A DNA stretch of 64,000 nt, taken from positions 256,001 through 320,000 of the forward strand of contig CAWFFN010000005.1 in NCBI GenBank assembly GCA_963815115.1. The letters are read 5' to 3'. The position numbers were made by a program, and so were the translations under genes. The notes beneath the pieces were generated by a model. The model ran no database searches. It was not told the DNA's origin and was given only the letters and a program-made list of their open reading frames with translations. This DNA comes from an uncultured delta proteobacterium. Lineage in GTDB: Bacteria; Desulfobacterota; Binatia; DP-6. Position 1 is the first letter of the stretch, and every line of letters begins with the position of its first letter. This document shows, one piece after another, positions 26,580 to 36,070 of this stretch.

Positions 26580-27993
26580 ATGCACGACGGCCTGCTCGTG
26601 ATCGATGCCGATGCGCACAAGATGGAGAACCCGATGGTGTTCTTCGACTACCTGGACGCCCCGTACCGCGGGCGGCTCGCCTCGCGCACCGACCGCCACG
26701 GGCAGCCCCGCCTCGTGATCCGCGACGTCGACCCGCGCACCGGCCGGCCGGAGCTCGAGCGCGTCTTCCCTCAGCCGGAGGGACCCGGCAAGGGCGCGTT
26801 CGCCGCGATCCATCCCGAGACCGCCATCGGCGGCGTCTTCAACCGCATCCGCATCGAGCACATGGACCGCGAGGGGATCGATGCACAGGTCCTCTACGGC
26901 TCGATGACGCTGAGCTTCGAGGCCATCCTCGACCCCGAGCTGGCCGTCGCCTGCATGCGGGCCTACAACCGCTACATCGCCGACGACTGTCGGGCCTGGC
27001 ACGGGCGGCTCTTCCCGGTGGGGTTCATCTCGCTGGCGGACGTCGGCGAGGCGGTGCGCGAGGTCCGGCGCTGCATCGACGAGCTGGGGATGATCGGCGT
27101 GCACCTGCCGCCGAGCGTTCCGGTGCCGCATCCGGAGGCGCGCGACGCCTTTCCGCGCATCCGCCTGCCGAAGCACCTCTGCCACCCGGACTTCCACCCC
27201 GTCCTGGCGGCCGCCGCCGAGCTCGACGTCGCGGTCGGTGTGCACGGCTCGCCCGGCGTCTACCTGCCGTCCGGCATCGCCGAGCAGGTGGACACCTTCA
27301 TCCTGTCGCACATCTTCGGACACCGGAACCAGATGCAGATGGCGCTGGCGACGTGCGTCTTCGAGGGCCTGTTCGACCGCTTCCCGACGCTCCGCCTGGG
27401 CTTCCTCGAAGCGGGCTGCGGCTGGCTGCCCGACCTGGTGCACGCCTTCCACGAGCACTGGGAGAAGCGCATCCGCGACTTCGATCCTTCGATCCGCATG
27501 CCGCGCGGGCGCTTCGCCAGCGAGCTCCTGCGGGAGCGCGTCGGAGCGGACGCGCAGGCGCCATCCCTGGCGCAAGCTGCGCCAGGCGGTCCACCTCTAC
27601 CGGCGCACCTCCCGCGAGCAGCGCGCGGCCGACACCGACGCCTTCCTCTACGAGCATCGCGCCCTGGATCACGACCCGGTCGACTTTTTCCGCCGCGGAC
27701 AGGTGTTCGTCAGCTTCGAGTCCGACGATCCGGCGCCCGCGTACCTGCGCGAGGCGCTCGGCGAGTGGGGCGAGGACGTCGCGTGCTTCAGCGCCGACTA
27801 CGGTCACTGGGACGGCGTGCTGACCGACTGCGTGCGCAGCGTCGCCCGCGCCCGGCCGTACGCCCGCGAGCACCTGCAGAAGCTGCTCGCGGGCAACTGC
27901 CTGCGCTTCTACGGGCGGCGGCTGGAGTTGGGGGTTCGGGAACCCCTGGCAGGAGAGGGTCTTCCTGCCGCAGGTGAGCGCGGAGGAGCCTGA
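26580..27993 (+). pseudogene. Amidohydrolase_2 family protein split by a +1 frameshift near 27531-27575
   Basis: IDADAH...FLEAGCGWLP in one frame; FESDD...SADYGHWDG...LAGNCLRFY in the next frame. Confidence 0.8.
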
Positions 27994-28061
27994 GCTATCG
28001 GACTCGTGGACGGGCATCACCCGCGTAATACCGTCGTCTCTGGCGTCCAGGGGGTTCAGCC
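27931..28061. repeat. Cluster of short palindromes and inverted repeats (REP/MITE-like)
   Basis: GGGGTTC/GAACCCC; GGCAGGA/TCCTGCC; GAACCCCTGG versus CCAGGGGGTTC about 100 bp away. Confidence 0.35.
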
Positions 28062-28487
28062 CCGCACGGCGCGCGAGGGGACGATGTCGAACCGCCGTCG
28101 CCCGTCGATTCGGTAGGTCTCGAAATCGTCGTGGTCGATGGTGAAGACCGTCTTCAGCGACTCGCGCTGCGCCAGATGGACCAGCGTGGCGTCGGTGAAG
28201 TCCATCGGGCGGTCGTGGTAGCGCTTCATGAGCGTCTCGAGGGCGGCGAGATCGGTGTCGTCGATCGGCAGCACCGTCAACACCCCGGATCGGATGAGGG
28301 TCCACGCTCCCGTGATCGCGCGACGGTCGTCCCCGAGCAGGTGAAAGACCTCGGTCAGCACCGCCGCGGAGGTCGCGAGAGGCATACGAAGACCGCGGAA
28401 CGCGGAGACGCACCTGGCATGCCATTCGTCGCGCGCGTCGAGGAGGGCCACGATCGGACCGGTGTCGATCAGGGCGCTAGCGGGCAC
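28056..28487 (-). CDS. vapC: PIN domain toxin (VapC-like)
   Basis: LIDTGPIVA, VLTE, MDFTDATLV, FTID..DF. Confidence 0.9.
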   Translation of the reverse strand: MPASALIDTGPIVALLDARDEWHARCVSAFRGLRMPLATSAAVLTEVFHLLGDDRRAITGAWTLIRSGVLTVLPIDDTDLAALETLMKRYHDRPMDFTDATLVHLAQRESLKTVFTIDHDDFETYRIDGRRRFDIVPSRAVRG

Positions 28488-28758
28488 GCCGCGCCTTCAG
28501 CCGCTCACGAACGAGCCGGCGCACCTCCTGGCTGCGGCCCGGGTTGTCGCCACGGATGGTGCCGAAGCAGCGAGCAGCTGCCGCGTGGAGGCGGGCCTGT
28601 TCGCCATCGTCGGTGCCGGACCGCGTACGTCGCAGCCAGTCGTCGACGACGTGCGAGAGCAGCGCAGCGACCGTGCGCCGCTCACGCCGGGCGGCGTCTT
28701 CGAGGGCGCGTTTGAGGTCCGGGGCGAGTCTCCAGCTGTACACCTCGCTCTTGGCCAT
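28477..28758 (-). CDS. Putative ribbon-helix-helix antitoxin (VapB-like)
   Basis: YSWRLAPDLKRALEDAARRERRTVAALL; overlaps the PIN gene. Confidence 0.8.
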   Translation of the reverse strand: MAKSEVYSWRLAPDLKRALEDAARRERRTVAALLSHVVDDWLRRTRSGTDDGEQARLHAAAARCFGTIRGDNPGRSQEVRRLVRERLKARRAR

Positions 28759-28794
28759 GCACTACAGTGTAGTGCACGTTGCGGAAGTGCACAA
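28758..28794 (-). promoter_or_regulatory. Leaderless sigma70 promoter with palindromic operator for the vapBC-like operon
   Basis: Minus strand TTGTGC-N17-TACACT-N7-ATG; perfect palindrome TGCACTACA-G-TGTAGTGCA (28758-28776). Confidence 0.75.
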
Positions 28795-28854
28795 GAGCCG
28801 AGCGGCGGCCCGGCACCTGATCTTGCCGCGCCAGGCGGCCTTCCGCTAGACGAA

Positions 28855-28868
28855 CGAACGCATGTTTG
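28855..28868. promoter_or_regulatory. Putative PsrA-like operator CGAAC-N4-GTTTG
   Basis: Overlaps the ACAD start codon; similar sites at 36055 and 43131. Confidence 0.45.
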
Positions 28869-30043
28869 GTCTGCTCTACACCGCCGAGGAGGAGGCGTTC
28901 CGCGCCGAGATCCGTGGCTGGCTCGCAGGTCACCTGCCGCCCACGCCGCCTCCGGAGGACGAGGAGGAGCGGCGCACGTTCCAGCGGGCCTGGCAGCGCG
29001 AGCTGGCGGAGGCGGGCTGGGTCGGCATCCAGTGGCCGCGGGCGCACGGCGGCCGGGGCGCGACGCTGAAGGAGCAGATCATCTTCACGGAGGAGATGGC
29101 CCGGGCGCGCGCGCCGGAGATTCTGGACGCGGTCGCGGTGAACATCGTCGGCTCGGTGCTGATCGACGCCGGCAGCCCGGCGCAGCAGCAGCGCCACCTG
29201 CCGCGCATCCTGCCGGCGGACGACGTGTGGTGTCTCGGCTTCTCCGAGCCGAACGCGGGCTCCGACCTGGCGTCGCTACGCTGCCGCGCGCGACGCGACG
29301 GCGACCACTGGATCGTCGACGGGCAGAAGGTGTGGTCGAGCAAGGCGCACTTCGCCGACTGGCTGCTCCTGCTCGTGCGCAGCGATTCGAGCGCGCCGCG
29401 CCATCGCGGCCTGAGCTGCCTGATCGTCGACATGAGGAGTCCCGGCGTCACCTGGCGCCCCTTGGTGCAGATCAGCGGCCGCCGGGAGTTCAACGAGGTG
29501 TTCCTGGAGGGCGTCAGGGTGCCGGTCGAGAACACGGTCGGCCCCGTGAATGGCGGATGGCCGATCATCCGACGGGCCCTCGCGCACGAGCGCGGCACGC
29601 TGTGGGCGTTCGATTTCAAGATCCGCCTGCAGAACGGCGCCCTCGCGCTCGCCGACCTCTACCGGCGCGTGCGCGCCGGCGGCGCGGGGCGCGGGGATCT
29701 CGCGGCGCTGCGCCAGCAGGTGTCGCAGGCGCACGTCGAGTCGGAGGTGTTCGCCGCGCACACCTTGCGCCTCCTTCCGCGGCTGCATGCCGGAGAAGAC
29801 GCGGGAGCCGATGCCGCGCTCCAGAAGCTCTTCGGCAGCGAGATCCAGCAACGCGCGTGCGAGCTGTCGATGCAGCTCGAGGGCGCGTACGCGCAGCTCG
29901 CCATGGGCGAGGCGTGCGCGATCGACCGGGGCGAGTGGCAGGAGCGCTATCTCTACTCGCGCTCGGTCACGATCTCGTCGGGCACCTCGGAGGTGCTGCG
30001 CAACTTGATCGCCCAGCAGGCCCTGGGGCTGCCGCGAGGCTGA
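28862..30043 (+). CDS. Acyl-CoA dehydrogenase
   Basis: WCLGFSEPNAGSDLASL, GQKVWSS, FNEVF, TISSGTSE. Confidence 0.93.
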   Translation: MFGLLYTAEEEAFRAEIRGWLAGHLPPTPPPEDEEERRTFQRAWQRELAEAGWVGIQWPRAHGGRGATLKEQIIFTEEMARARAPEILDAVAVNIVGSVLIDAGSPAQQQRHLPRILPADDVWCLGFSEPNAGSDLASLRCRARRDGDHWIVDGQKVWSSKAHFADWLLLLVRSDSSAPRHRGLSCLIVDMRSPGVTWRPLVQISGRREFNEVFLEGVRVPVENTVGPVNGGWPIIRRALAHERGTLWAFDFKIRLQNGALALADLYRRVRAGGAGRGDLAALRQQVSQAHVESEVFAAHTLRLLPRLHAGEDAGADAALQKLFGSEIQQRACELSMQLEGAYAQLAMGEACAIDRGEWQERYLYSRSVTISSGTSEVLRNLIAQQALGLPRG

Positions 30044-30047
30044 GCGG

Positions 30048-30729
30048 TCAGCCGAGGGTGACGGCGCGCGCGGCGGCGGTGAGGTCGCGCGTCGGCGTCC
30101 GGCAGGGCAGGCCCGCGCGGTAGAGATAGCGCGTGACGCGCAGCGCCCGATCGAGCGCGACCACGGTCGACGACACGGTCCCGTAGGCGTCTCCGTGGTG
30201 ACAGAGGCAGACGTCGGCGTCCGCGCCGTGGGTGGTGAGGAGATCGAAGCCGGGCGGCGCGCCTTCGAGGAGCGATGCGGCGTACCGCGCGCGCGTGCTC
30301 TCACCATGCGCGAACGGAGCGTTGACGATGACGTGCAGCCCGGCGAGCGAGCGGCGTCGGCCCGAGGACCGTGCCGTCACCGAGGTGCGTCAGCACGCGC
30401 GCGCCCGCGTCGTCGACGACGAGCAGGTTGAAGGCGCTGTACGGGCTCAGGTCGCGGGGCAGGGTGCCCGCGACCGCGGCCAGGGGGAGCTGACCGCGGC
30501 TCGGCGCGTCGGGCCGGCGCGCCGCGCCCGCGATGTTGGTGACGGCGGCGAGTCCCCGGCGGCCGACGGCGAGCCAGGTGCCGCCGGCGAGACGATCGCG
30601 CCCGGCGAACACCCCGGGCGCGATCTCCGCCGGGTCGTCTGCCGGCCGGTCGCGGAACTCGTCACGGTTGGCGGCGAGCAGGACGGCCTCGTCCGGGTCG
30701 GGTGCCAGGCGCAGCAGGATGGTGCACAC
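30048..30729 (-). pseudogene. NRDE/TANGO2 family protein split by a +1 frameshift near 30345
   Basis: MCT...AANRDE...GRD..AGGTW...FNL in one frame; YGTVSSTVV in another. Confidence 0.8.
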
Positions 30730-30776
30730 GCGAGCGACGCGCTAACACGCGGGGCGGGGCCGGTCCACCCGCGCCG

Positions 30777-31655
30777 TCAGTCGTCGATCGGCGGCAGCGA
30801 GCAGGCGGCGCAGCGCTCGGCGCGGTCGACCAGGCTGCCGAGCGAGTCCTCGCACTCGTCGTCGAGCAGGCGAGGGATGATCGCGCCGGTGCGACGGAGC
30901 TTGAGCATGGCGAGGCGGACGAGGAAGCGCTGACGCTTCGGGCGCTGCACCTCCGCCGCGCGCTCGAGCAGATCGCGCGCTCGCGTGAGCCGGTTGGTGA
31001 TCGGGCTCGGGAGCCGCACGTCGTCGCAGCGGTTCGCGATGTCGTAGGGCGGCGGGACGCAGCCATCGAGGTCGCAGTCGTCGCCGTCGTGCGGAGGGGC
31101 GCACGCCGCGGGCGCCGAGTCGAAGAGCGGACCCTGATCGCCGCACACGCCGCCGTGCCCGTTGTCGTGTCGCACGCAGACCTCGACCTCCCCGGTGCAG
31201 AAGGCGCCCAGGGGGTCCTCGGCCCGGAAGGCGACGTGGTAGACCCGCCCATCACCCTCGCCGCTGCGCTCGGAGCGCAGCGCGACGACGCTCGTGCCGA
31301 TGCCGTCGGCATCGCCGCACGTGTTCCCGTCGCCCGTGGCGTCGACCGGCTCGTCCTGCGCCACGGCGGCCACCGTGACGACGACCGGGTCACCGTCGGG
31401 ATCGGTCACCCCGTCGATCGTGATCGGCACGAACTTGTGGTTCGGCGGCCACAGGGCGTCCGGTCCGGCGATGGCACCCGTGCAGTCCGGCGGCAGGTTG
31501 GGAATCTCGAGCTGACAGGCCGGCGAGCAGCCGTCGCCGGGTACGACATTGCCGTCATCGCAGGTCTCCGGCGGCTCGAGGACGCCGTTCCCGCACAACG
31601 CGTATGCAGCGGGCGCGAAGGCGAGGACGAAGGCGAAGAGCAAGGACGAACGCAT
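30777..31655 (-). CDS. Secreted cysteine-rich protein with a DUF4215 (Myxococcus-type) repeat
   Basis: Signal peptide, CGNGVLE..ETCDDGN...GDGCSPAC, LWPPNHK, LRSERSG.GDGRVY. Confidence 0.8.
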   Translation of the reverse strand: MRSSLLFAFVLAFAPAAYALCGNGVLEPPETCDDGNVVPGDGCSPACQLEIPNLPPDCTGAIAGPDALWPPNHKFVPITIDGVTDPDGDPVVVTVAAVAQDEPVDATGDGNTCGDADGIGTSVVALRSERSGEGDGRVYHVAFRAEDPLGAFCTGEVEVCVRHDNGHGGVCGDQGPLFDSAPAACAPPHDGDDCDLDGCVPPPYDIANRCDDVRLPSPITNRLTRARDLLERAAEVQRPKRQRFLVRLAMLKLRRTGAIIPRLLDDECEDSLGSLVDRAERCAACSLPPIDD

Positions 31656-31838
31656 CCGCATGCGTCTCTGCATGCGAACCGCGTGCCAGTGGCCGGTGCG
31701 CCGGTCCAGCCCCACGGCGAGAGCGGCTCCGGCATCGCTGCGACATCGTGTCCGTGCGCGATTCTACATCGGTTCGCCGGGGCCATCCGTCCGCCGGGCG
31801 TGCGCGCGGTCGTCTCCCTGCGCTACAACGCCGGTGCG

Positions 31839-32627
31839 ATGGCGCAGCCTCTCTCTCGCCGCTCCGATCTTCTCGCCGACCAGGGAGCCCATCCTCCCTT
31901 CGGACACCGGCGCTTCGCCGCCGCCGACCCGCCGGTCCGAGCCGGCATCACGGGATCCGGTGCCGATCTGCTCCTGCTCGTCTGGTCGGCGACCGATCTG
32001 GCCCGCGAGATCGCAGCGGGCGTGCGGGTGCTCGGACGGCTCGGCATCGGGCCGGGGACCCGGGTGGCGAACACGCTCCCGGGAGCGCTCGCGACCCCCG
32101 GCGCGCTGCTGCTGGGCGACGTCGACGAGGCGCTCGGCGCCCTCGACGTTCCGCTCGGGACGGTGGAGAGCGAGGCGGTGGCGCGTGCGGCATGGGAGCT
32201 CGTCGATCGCGTGCAGTGCGAGGTTCTGGTGCTCGACCCCGCGACGGCCGGCACGTTCTTCGCGGCCGCACCGGTCGCACCGCGTCCGTGGCTCCGGGGC
32301 GTCGTGTGGCTCGTCCGGGGCGACGGCTCCCCGCTGCCGCCGGCTCCCGGCTCAGGAGCCTGGCAGCGCAGCTGGCTCGCCGTGCCGGAGGTGGCGAGCT
32401 TCGTCGCCGGCTCGTGTGAGCACGGACGGCTGCACGTCGACGAGGGCGTCGACGCCGCGGTGATCGACGGCGCCCTCGTGCTGACGCCGCACGGTGCGGC
32501 GGCCGCGCGCGGTGCGCTCGACACCGGCATCGCCGCGCGCCTCCTGGCGTCGTGCACCTGCGGAGCGGCCGGCCCGGCCCTCGAGCTGCCGGACGTTCCG
32601 CTTGTGGCTCCGCAACCCATGCGCTAG
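31839..32627 (+). CDS. Shortened, degenerate phenylacetate-CoA ligase-like protein
   Basis: DQGAHPPFG and W..TDL resemble the PaaK-like genes at 44-47 kb; C.CG is retained; no SSGTTG loop. Confidence 0.55.
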   Translation: MAQPLSRRSDLLADQGAHPPFGHRRFAAADPPVRAGITGSGADLLLLVWSATDLAREIAAGVRVLGRLGIGPGTRVANTLPGALATPGALLLGDVDEALGALDVPLGTVESEAVARAAWELVDRVQCEVLVLDPATAGTFFAAAPVAPRPWLRGVVWLVRGDGSPLPPAPGSGAWQRSWLAVPEVASFVAGSCEHGRLHVDEGVDAAVIDGALVLTPHGAAAARGALDTGIAARLLASCTCGAAGPALELPDVPLVAPQPMR

Positions 32628-32640
32628 CGCGGAGCACGCG

Positions 32641-34035
32641 ATGCCGTCGTCCTCCGATCCGTTCGCCCCCTTCGCCGAGAAGCTCGCGCGCGCCGAGCAG
32701 CCCGGGTTGCTGATCGAGGTGTTCCGCCGTCAGTACGAGCGGCTGCGCGCCGGCGAGACCGGCAAGGTCTCGGCAGCGGAGATCGACGCGGTCGCCGGCG
32801 TCCCCGACGCCGCCGGCATGGCCCGTCATCGCGCCGCGGGGCTGGCGGCGCTCGATCGGGCCGTGGTCGTCAAGCTGAACGGCGGCCTCGGCACCACCAT
32901 GGGCCTCACGCAGGCGAAGTCGCTGCTGCCGGTGAAGGGCGATCTCACGTTCCTCGACATCATCGTCCGTCAGGTCCTGCACCTGCGCGCCGCCAATCGG
33001 GTGCGGCTGCCCCTGGTCCTGATGAACAGCTTCCGGACGCGCGACGACTCCGCCCGCGTGCTCGCGCGCTACCCCGACCTGGCGAGCGCCGGTCCCGCGG
33101 ACTTCCTGCAGCACAAGGTGCCGCGCATCCTCGCCGCGGACTCGAGTCCGGTGTCGTGGCCGCGCCAGCCCGAGTACGAGTGGTGCCCGCCCGGCCACGG
33201 GGACATCTACGCCGCGCTCCAGACCTCGGGCGTGCTCGCGACGCTGCTCGACGCCGGCATCCGGTGGGCCTTCGTCTCGAACGCCGACAACCTGGGGGCC
33301 GTGATGGATCCCGACATCCTCGGCTGGATCGCGACCGAGCGCGTGCCGTTCGTGATGGAGGTGTGCGACCGGTCCGAGGCCGATCGCAAGGGCGGGCATC
33401 TGGCTCGCCGCAAGGACGGCCGCCTGATGCTGCGCGAGTTCAGCCAGTGCCCCGACGACGAGATCGAGTCCTTCCAGGACATCGCGCGCTACCGCTACTT
33501 CAATACCAACAGCCTGTGGGTCGATCTGCGCGCGCTGGCGGACGTGCTGCGCGCGACGCAGGGCATCCTCGACCTGCCCCTCATCGTCAACCGCAAGCCG
33601 GTCGATCCCGACGATCCATCGTCGCCCCAGGTCGTGCAGCTCGAGACCGCGATGGGCGCGGGGATCGCCCTCTTCGAGGGCGCCAGCGCGCTGCACGTGT
33701 CGCGCGAGCGCTTCGTGCCGGTGAAGTCGGCGAGCGATCTGCTGGCCCTGTGGTCCGACGCGTACGAGGTGACGGACGACTTCCGCATCGTGGTCTCGCC
33801 GCGGCGCGCGGCGGCGGATCTCGTCGTCGACCTCGACCCGAAGCACTTCCGGCAGGTCGGCGACCTGCGCACGCGCTTTCCCGAGGGCGCGCCGTCCCTG
33901 GTCAGGGCGCGGCGCTTCGTGGTGCGAGGCGACGTGCGCTTCGGGGGCGGGGTGGTGGTGGACGGGGACGTCGAGGTGGCCCAGTCCGGTCCGCAGCCGC
34001 TGGTCGTGCCGTCCGGCAGCCGGCTCGCCGGATGA
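32641..34035 (+). CDS. UTP--glucose-1-phosphate uridylyltransferase (eukaryotic-type UDPGP family)
   Basis: KLNGGLGTTMG, LMNSF, WCPPGHGD, SNADNLGA, KGG, FNTN, QLETAMG, RFVPVK. Confidence 0.93.
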   Translation: MPSSSDPFAPFAEKLARAEQPGLLIEVFRRQYERLRAGETGKVSAAEIDAVAGVPDAAGMARHRAAGLAALDRAVVVKLNGGLGTTMGLTQAKSLLPVKGDLTFLDIIVRQVLHLRAANRVRLPLVLMNSFRTRDDSARVLARYPDLASAGPADFLQHKVPRILAADSSPVSWPRQPEYEWCPPGHGDIYAALQTSGVLATLLDAGIRWAFVSNADNLGAVMDPDILGWIATERVPFVMEVCDRSEADRKGGHLARRKDGRLMLREFSQCPDDEIESFQDIARYRYFNTNSLWVDLRALADVLRATQGILDLPLIVNRKPVDPDDPSSPQVVQLETAMGAGIALFEGASALHVSRERFVPVKSASDLLALWSDAYEVTDDFRIVVSPRRAAADLVVDLDPKHFRQVGDLRTRFPEGAPSLVRARRFVVRGDVRFGGGVVVDGDVEVAQSGPQPLVVPSGSRLAG

Positions 34036-34064
34036 CGCCGGGAGGGCCCGTCGCCGCCCCGATG

Positions 34065-34763
34065 CTACCTGACGGCGATGGTCCGCAGGCGCACCATCGC
34101 GGCCCGGCGTGCGATGCGCGCCGCGCGGGCGTCGAGCGCGCGGGTCGGAGCGCCCGGATTGCGCGCGCGCGGATCCGGTAGCGCCGCGGCCAGGAGGGCC
34201 GCCTGCCGCGCGTCCAGACGATCGGCTGGCACGCGGAAGTAGCGCTGCGCCGCGGCCTGTGCGCCGTAGATGCCGGGTCCCCACTCGATCACGTTCAGGT
34301 ACACCTCGAGGATGCGCCGCTTGCTCCACAGCACCTCCATCAGACCGGCGAACCAGATCTCGAGCGCCTTGCGCACGTAGGTGCGCGCCTGCCAGAGATA
34401 CACGTTGCGGGCGCACTGCATGGTGATGGTGCTGGCGCCGCGCACGCGACCCTCGTCCGCGTGGCGCCGATTCCAGGCCTGCGCCTTGCGCAGGGCGGGG
34501 ACGTCGACGCCCCAGTGGGTGAAGAAGTGCGCGTCCTCGGCGGCGATGACCGCCCGCAGGAGGGCCGGGCTGATGCGGTCGAGCGGCACCGAACGGTGGT
34601 CGATTCCCACCCACCGTCCGTGCAGCACGCCCCGGAACAGCTCGGTGATCATGAGGGGGGTCACCGGCGGGTTCGTCCATCGCACGGCGAGCACGGCGAG
34701 CGTGGAGCACAGGACGAAGATCGCCGCCATGCCACCCCCCCACCGGAGCACCCGCAGCGCCAC
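34065..34763 (-). CDS. mtgA: Monofunctional peptidoglycan transglycosylase
   Basis: AAEDAHF..H.G.D, RGASTITMQ.ARN, RKALE, KRRILEVYLN.IEWG. Confidence 0.93.
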   Translation of the reverse strand: MALRVLRWGGGMAAIFVLCSTLAVLAVRWTNPPVTPLMITELFRGVLHGRWVGIDHRSVPLDRISPALLRAVIAAEDAHFFTHWGVDVPALRKAQAWNRRHADEGRVRGASTITMQCARNVYLWQARTYVRKALEIWFAGLMEVLWSKRRILEVYLNVIEWGPGIYGAQAAAQRYFRVPADRLDARQAALLAAALPDPRARNPGAPTRALDARAARIARRAAMVRLRTIAVR

Positions 34764-34842
34764 GGGGCCTGCTTAGCGCGACCGGCCGGGTCCTGCACGC
34801 GCCCCTTGTGAGCGCGGGACCCCCGGGTATAGCTCTCGCGCC

Positions 34843-35964
34843 ATGGCCGAGACCCGGGTCGGGCCTCACGGGCTCGCGTTCGCGCCGACGAAGGTCGGCG
34901 TCCTGATCGACCTCGACATGGGGACGAAGGAGGACTTCCTCGCCTGCCTGCGCTTCGCCTTCGACGAGGCGCTCGAGCAGCGCGTGCTGCTGCGGCCCGT
35001 CGAGCTGCTGGTGAAGGAAGCCGTCGGGCTCCCGCGCCTCGAGGCCCACAACGCCGCCCTGGGCTACCGCTGGCTCGTCGAGCAGGGCGTGCTCTGCACC
35101 ATCGGTCCGCTGATCACCGACAACTCGATCGCCCTCGCGCCCGTCATCGATGCGGCGGGCGTGCCGGCGGTCACCTGGACGGGTACCGATCGCTACTTCG
35201 GCGAGTACTGCTTCAACCTCGGCAACGGCGGCCTGGCGGAGGAAGCGGCGATCATGGCGACCTGGATCCGGCGCAGCGGCTACCGTGCCGTCGGCATGAT
35301 CCACGAGATCAGCCCGGGCGGCGTCGAGTACGCCGCGAACTTCCGCTGGTTCGCGGCGCGCGAGGGGCTCGACGTCCTGATCGAGGCCTACACCACGCAG
35401 ATCCCCGACGACCTCGAGACCGTGCTCCGGAAGATCCGCGACCAGAGGCCCGACTGCCTCGCCTATCTCGGCTACGGCTACCCGACGATCCTGATGCGTC
35501 CGATCTTCGAGCGCCTGGGCTGGGATCCGCCACGCATCATGACCACCGCCTTCCAGTTCTGCTACGCGAAGCCCGAGTGGATGGCGGCGCTCGAGGGATG
35601 GGTCGGCGTCGACCAGATGTGCGAGCTCAACCCGCTCCTCCGCCCGATGCTCGACCGCTTCGCCGCCCATCTCGGCAGGCGGCGGGATCACACCGTGACG
35701 GCACTCAGCTACGACACCGCCCGGCTGATCGCCGAGGGCCTCGCGCGCGCCCCGCTCCTCACCCCGCGGGGGGTGAAGGAGGGGCTCGAGAAGGTGCGCA
35801 TGCTGCCGGCGGTCAACGGCGGCCCTCGCACGCACATGAGCCTCGGGCCCTACGACCACAAGGCGTACAAGGGCGATTGGCTGGTGCTTCGGCGGATCGA
35901 GAACGGCCGCACGGTCTTCGTCGACTTCCACGATCCGGCGAGCACGAGCCCGCCGGCACGCTGA
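34843..35964 (+). CDS. Type I periplasmic-binding-fold (branched-chain/AmiC-like) protein, no signal peptide
   Basis: KVGVL, IGPLITDNSIAL, YD..RL..E.L pattern; hydrophilic N-terminus. Confidence 0.75.
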   Translation: MAETRVGPHGLAFAPTKVGVLIDLDMGTKEDFLACLRFAFDEALEQRVLLRPVELLVKEAVGLPRLEAHNAALGYRWLVEQGVLCTIGPLITDNSIALAPVIDAAGVPAVTWTGTDRYFGEYCFNLGNGGLAEEAAIMATWIRRSGYRAVGMIHEISPGGVEYAANFRWFAAREGLDVLIEAYTTQIPDDLETVLRKIRDQRPDCLAYLGYGYPTILMRPIFERLGWDPPRIMTTAFQFCYAKPEWMAALEGWVGVDQMCELNPLLRPMLDRFAAHLGRRRDHTVTALSYDTARLIAEGLARAPLLTPRGVKEGLEKVRMLPAVNGGPRTHMSLGPYDHKAYKGDWLVLRRIENGRTVFVDFHDPASTSPPAR

Positions 35965-36026
35965 GCCACGCGGGCCGGCGCCCGCCGGGTCGACCCCCCG
36001 AGACGAGCCGCAAGACCAGTCCACCG

Positions 36027-36068
36027 TTGACCCCCCGAAGCGCCGGAGACTAGAAGAACGCTCGTTCG
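36027..36068 (+). promoter_or_regulatory. Sigma70-like promoter with PsrA-like operator AGAAC-N4-GTTCG
   Basis: TTGACC...TAGAAG followed immediately by GAACGCTCGTTC, 2 nt before ATG. Confidence 0.5.
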
Positions 36069-36070
36069 TC

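Noticed and set aside
21584-28758. Prophage or defence island spanning the two TA pairs
   Set aside because: No integrase, phage genes or flanking direct repeats seen; the intervening genes are metabolic or repair genes.
19245-30360. Programmed ribosomal frameshifting at the three split genes
   Set aside because: No slippery sequences, and these families are not known to be recoded; single-base insertion error or recent pseudogenisation is simpler.
34289-34296. Additional TCACGTTC match to the ECF promoter motif
   Set aside because: Lies inside the mtgA coding region and lacks the GGTGTY box at the right spacing.
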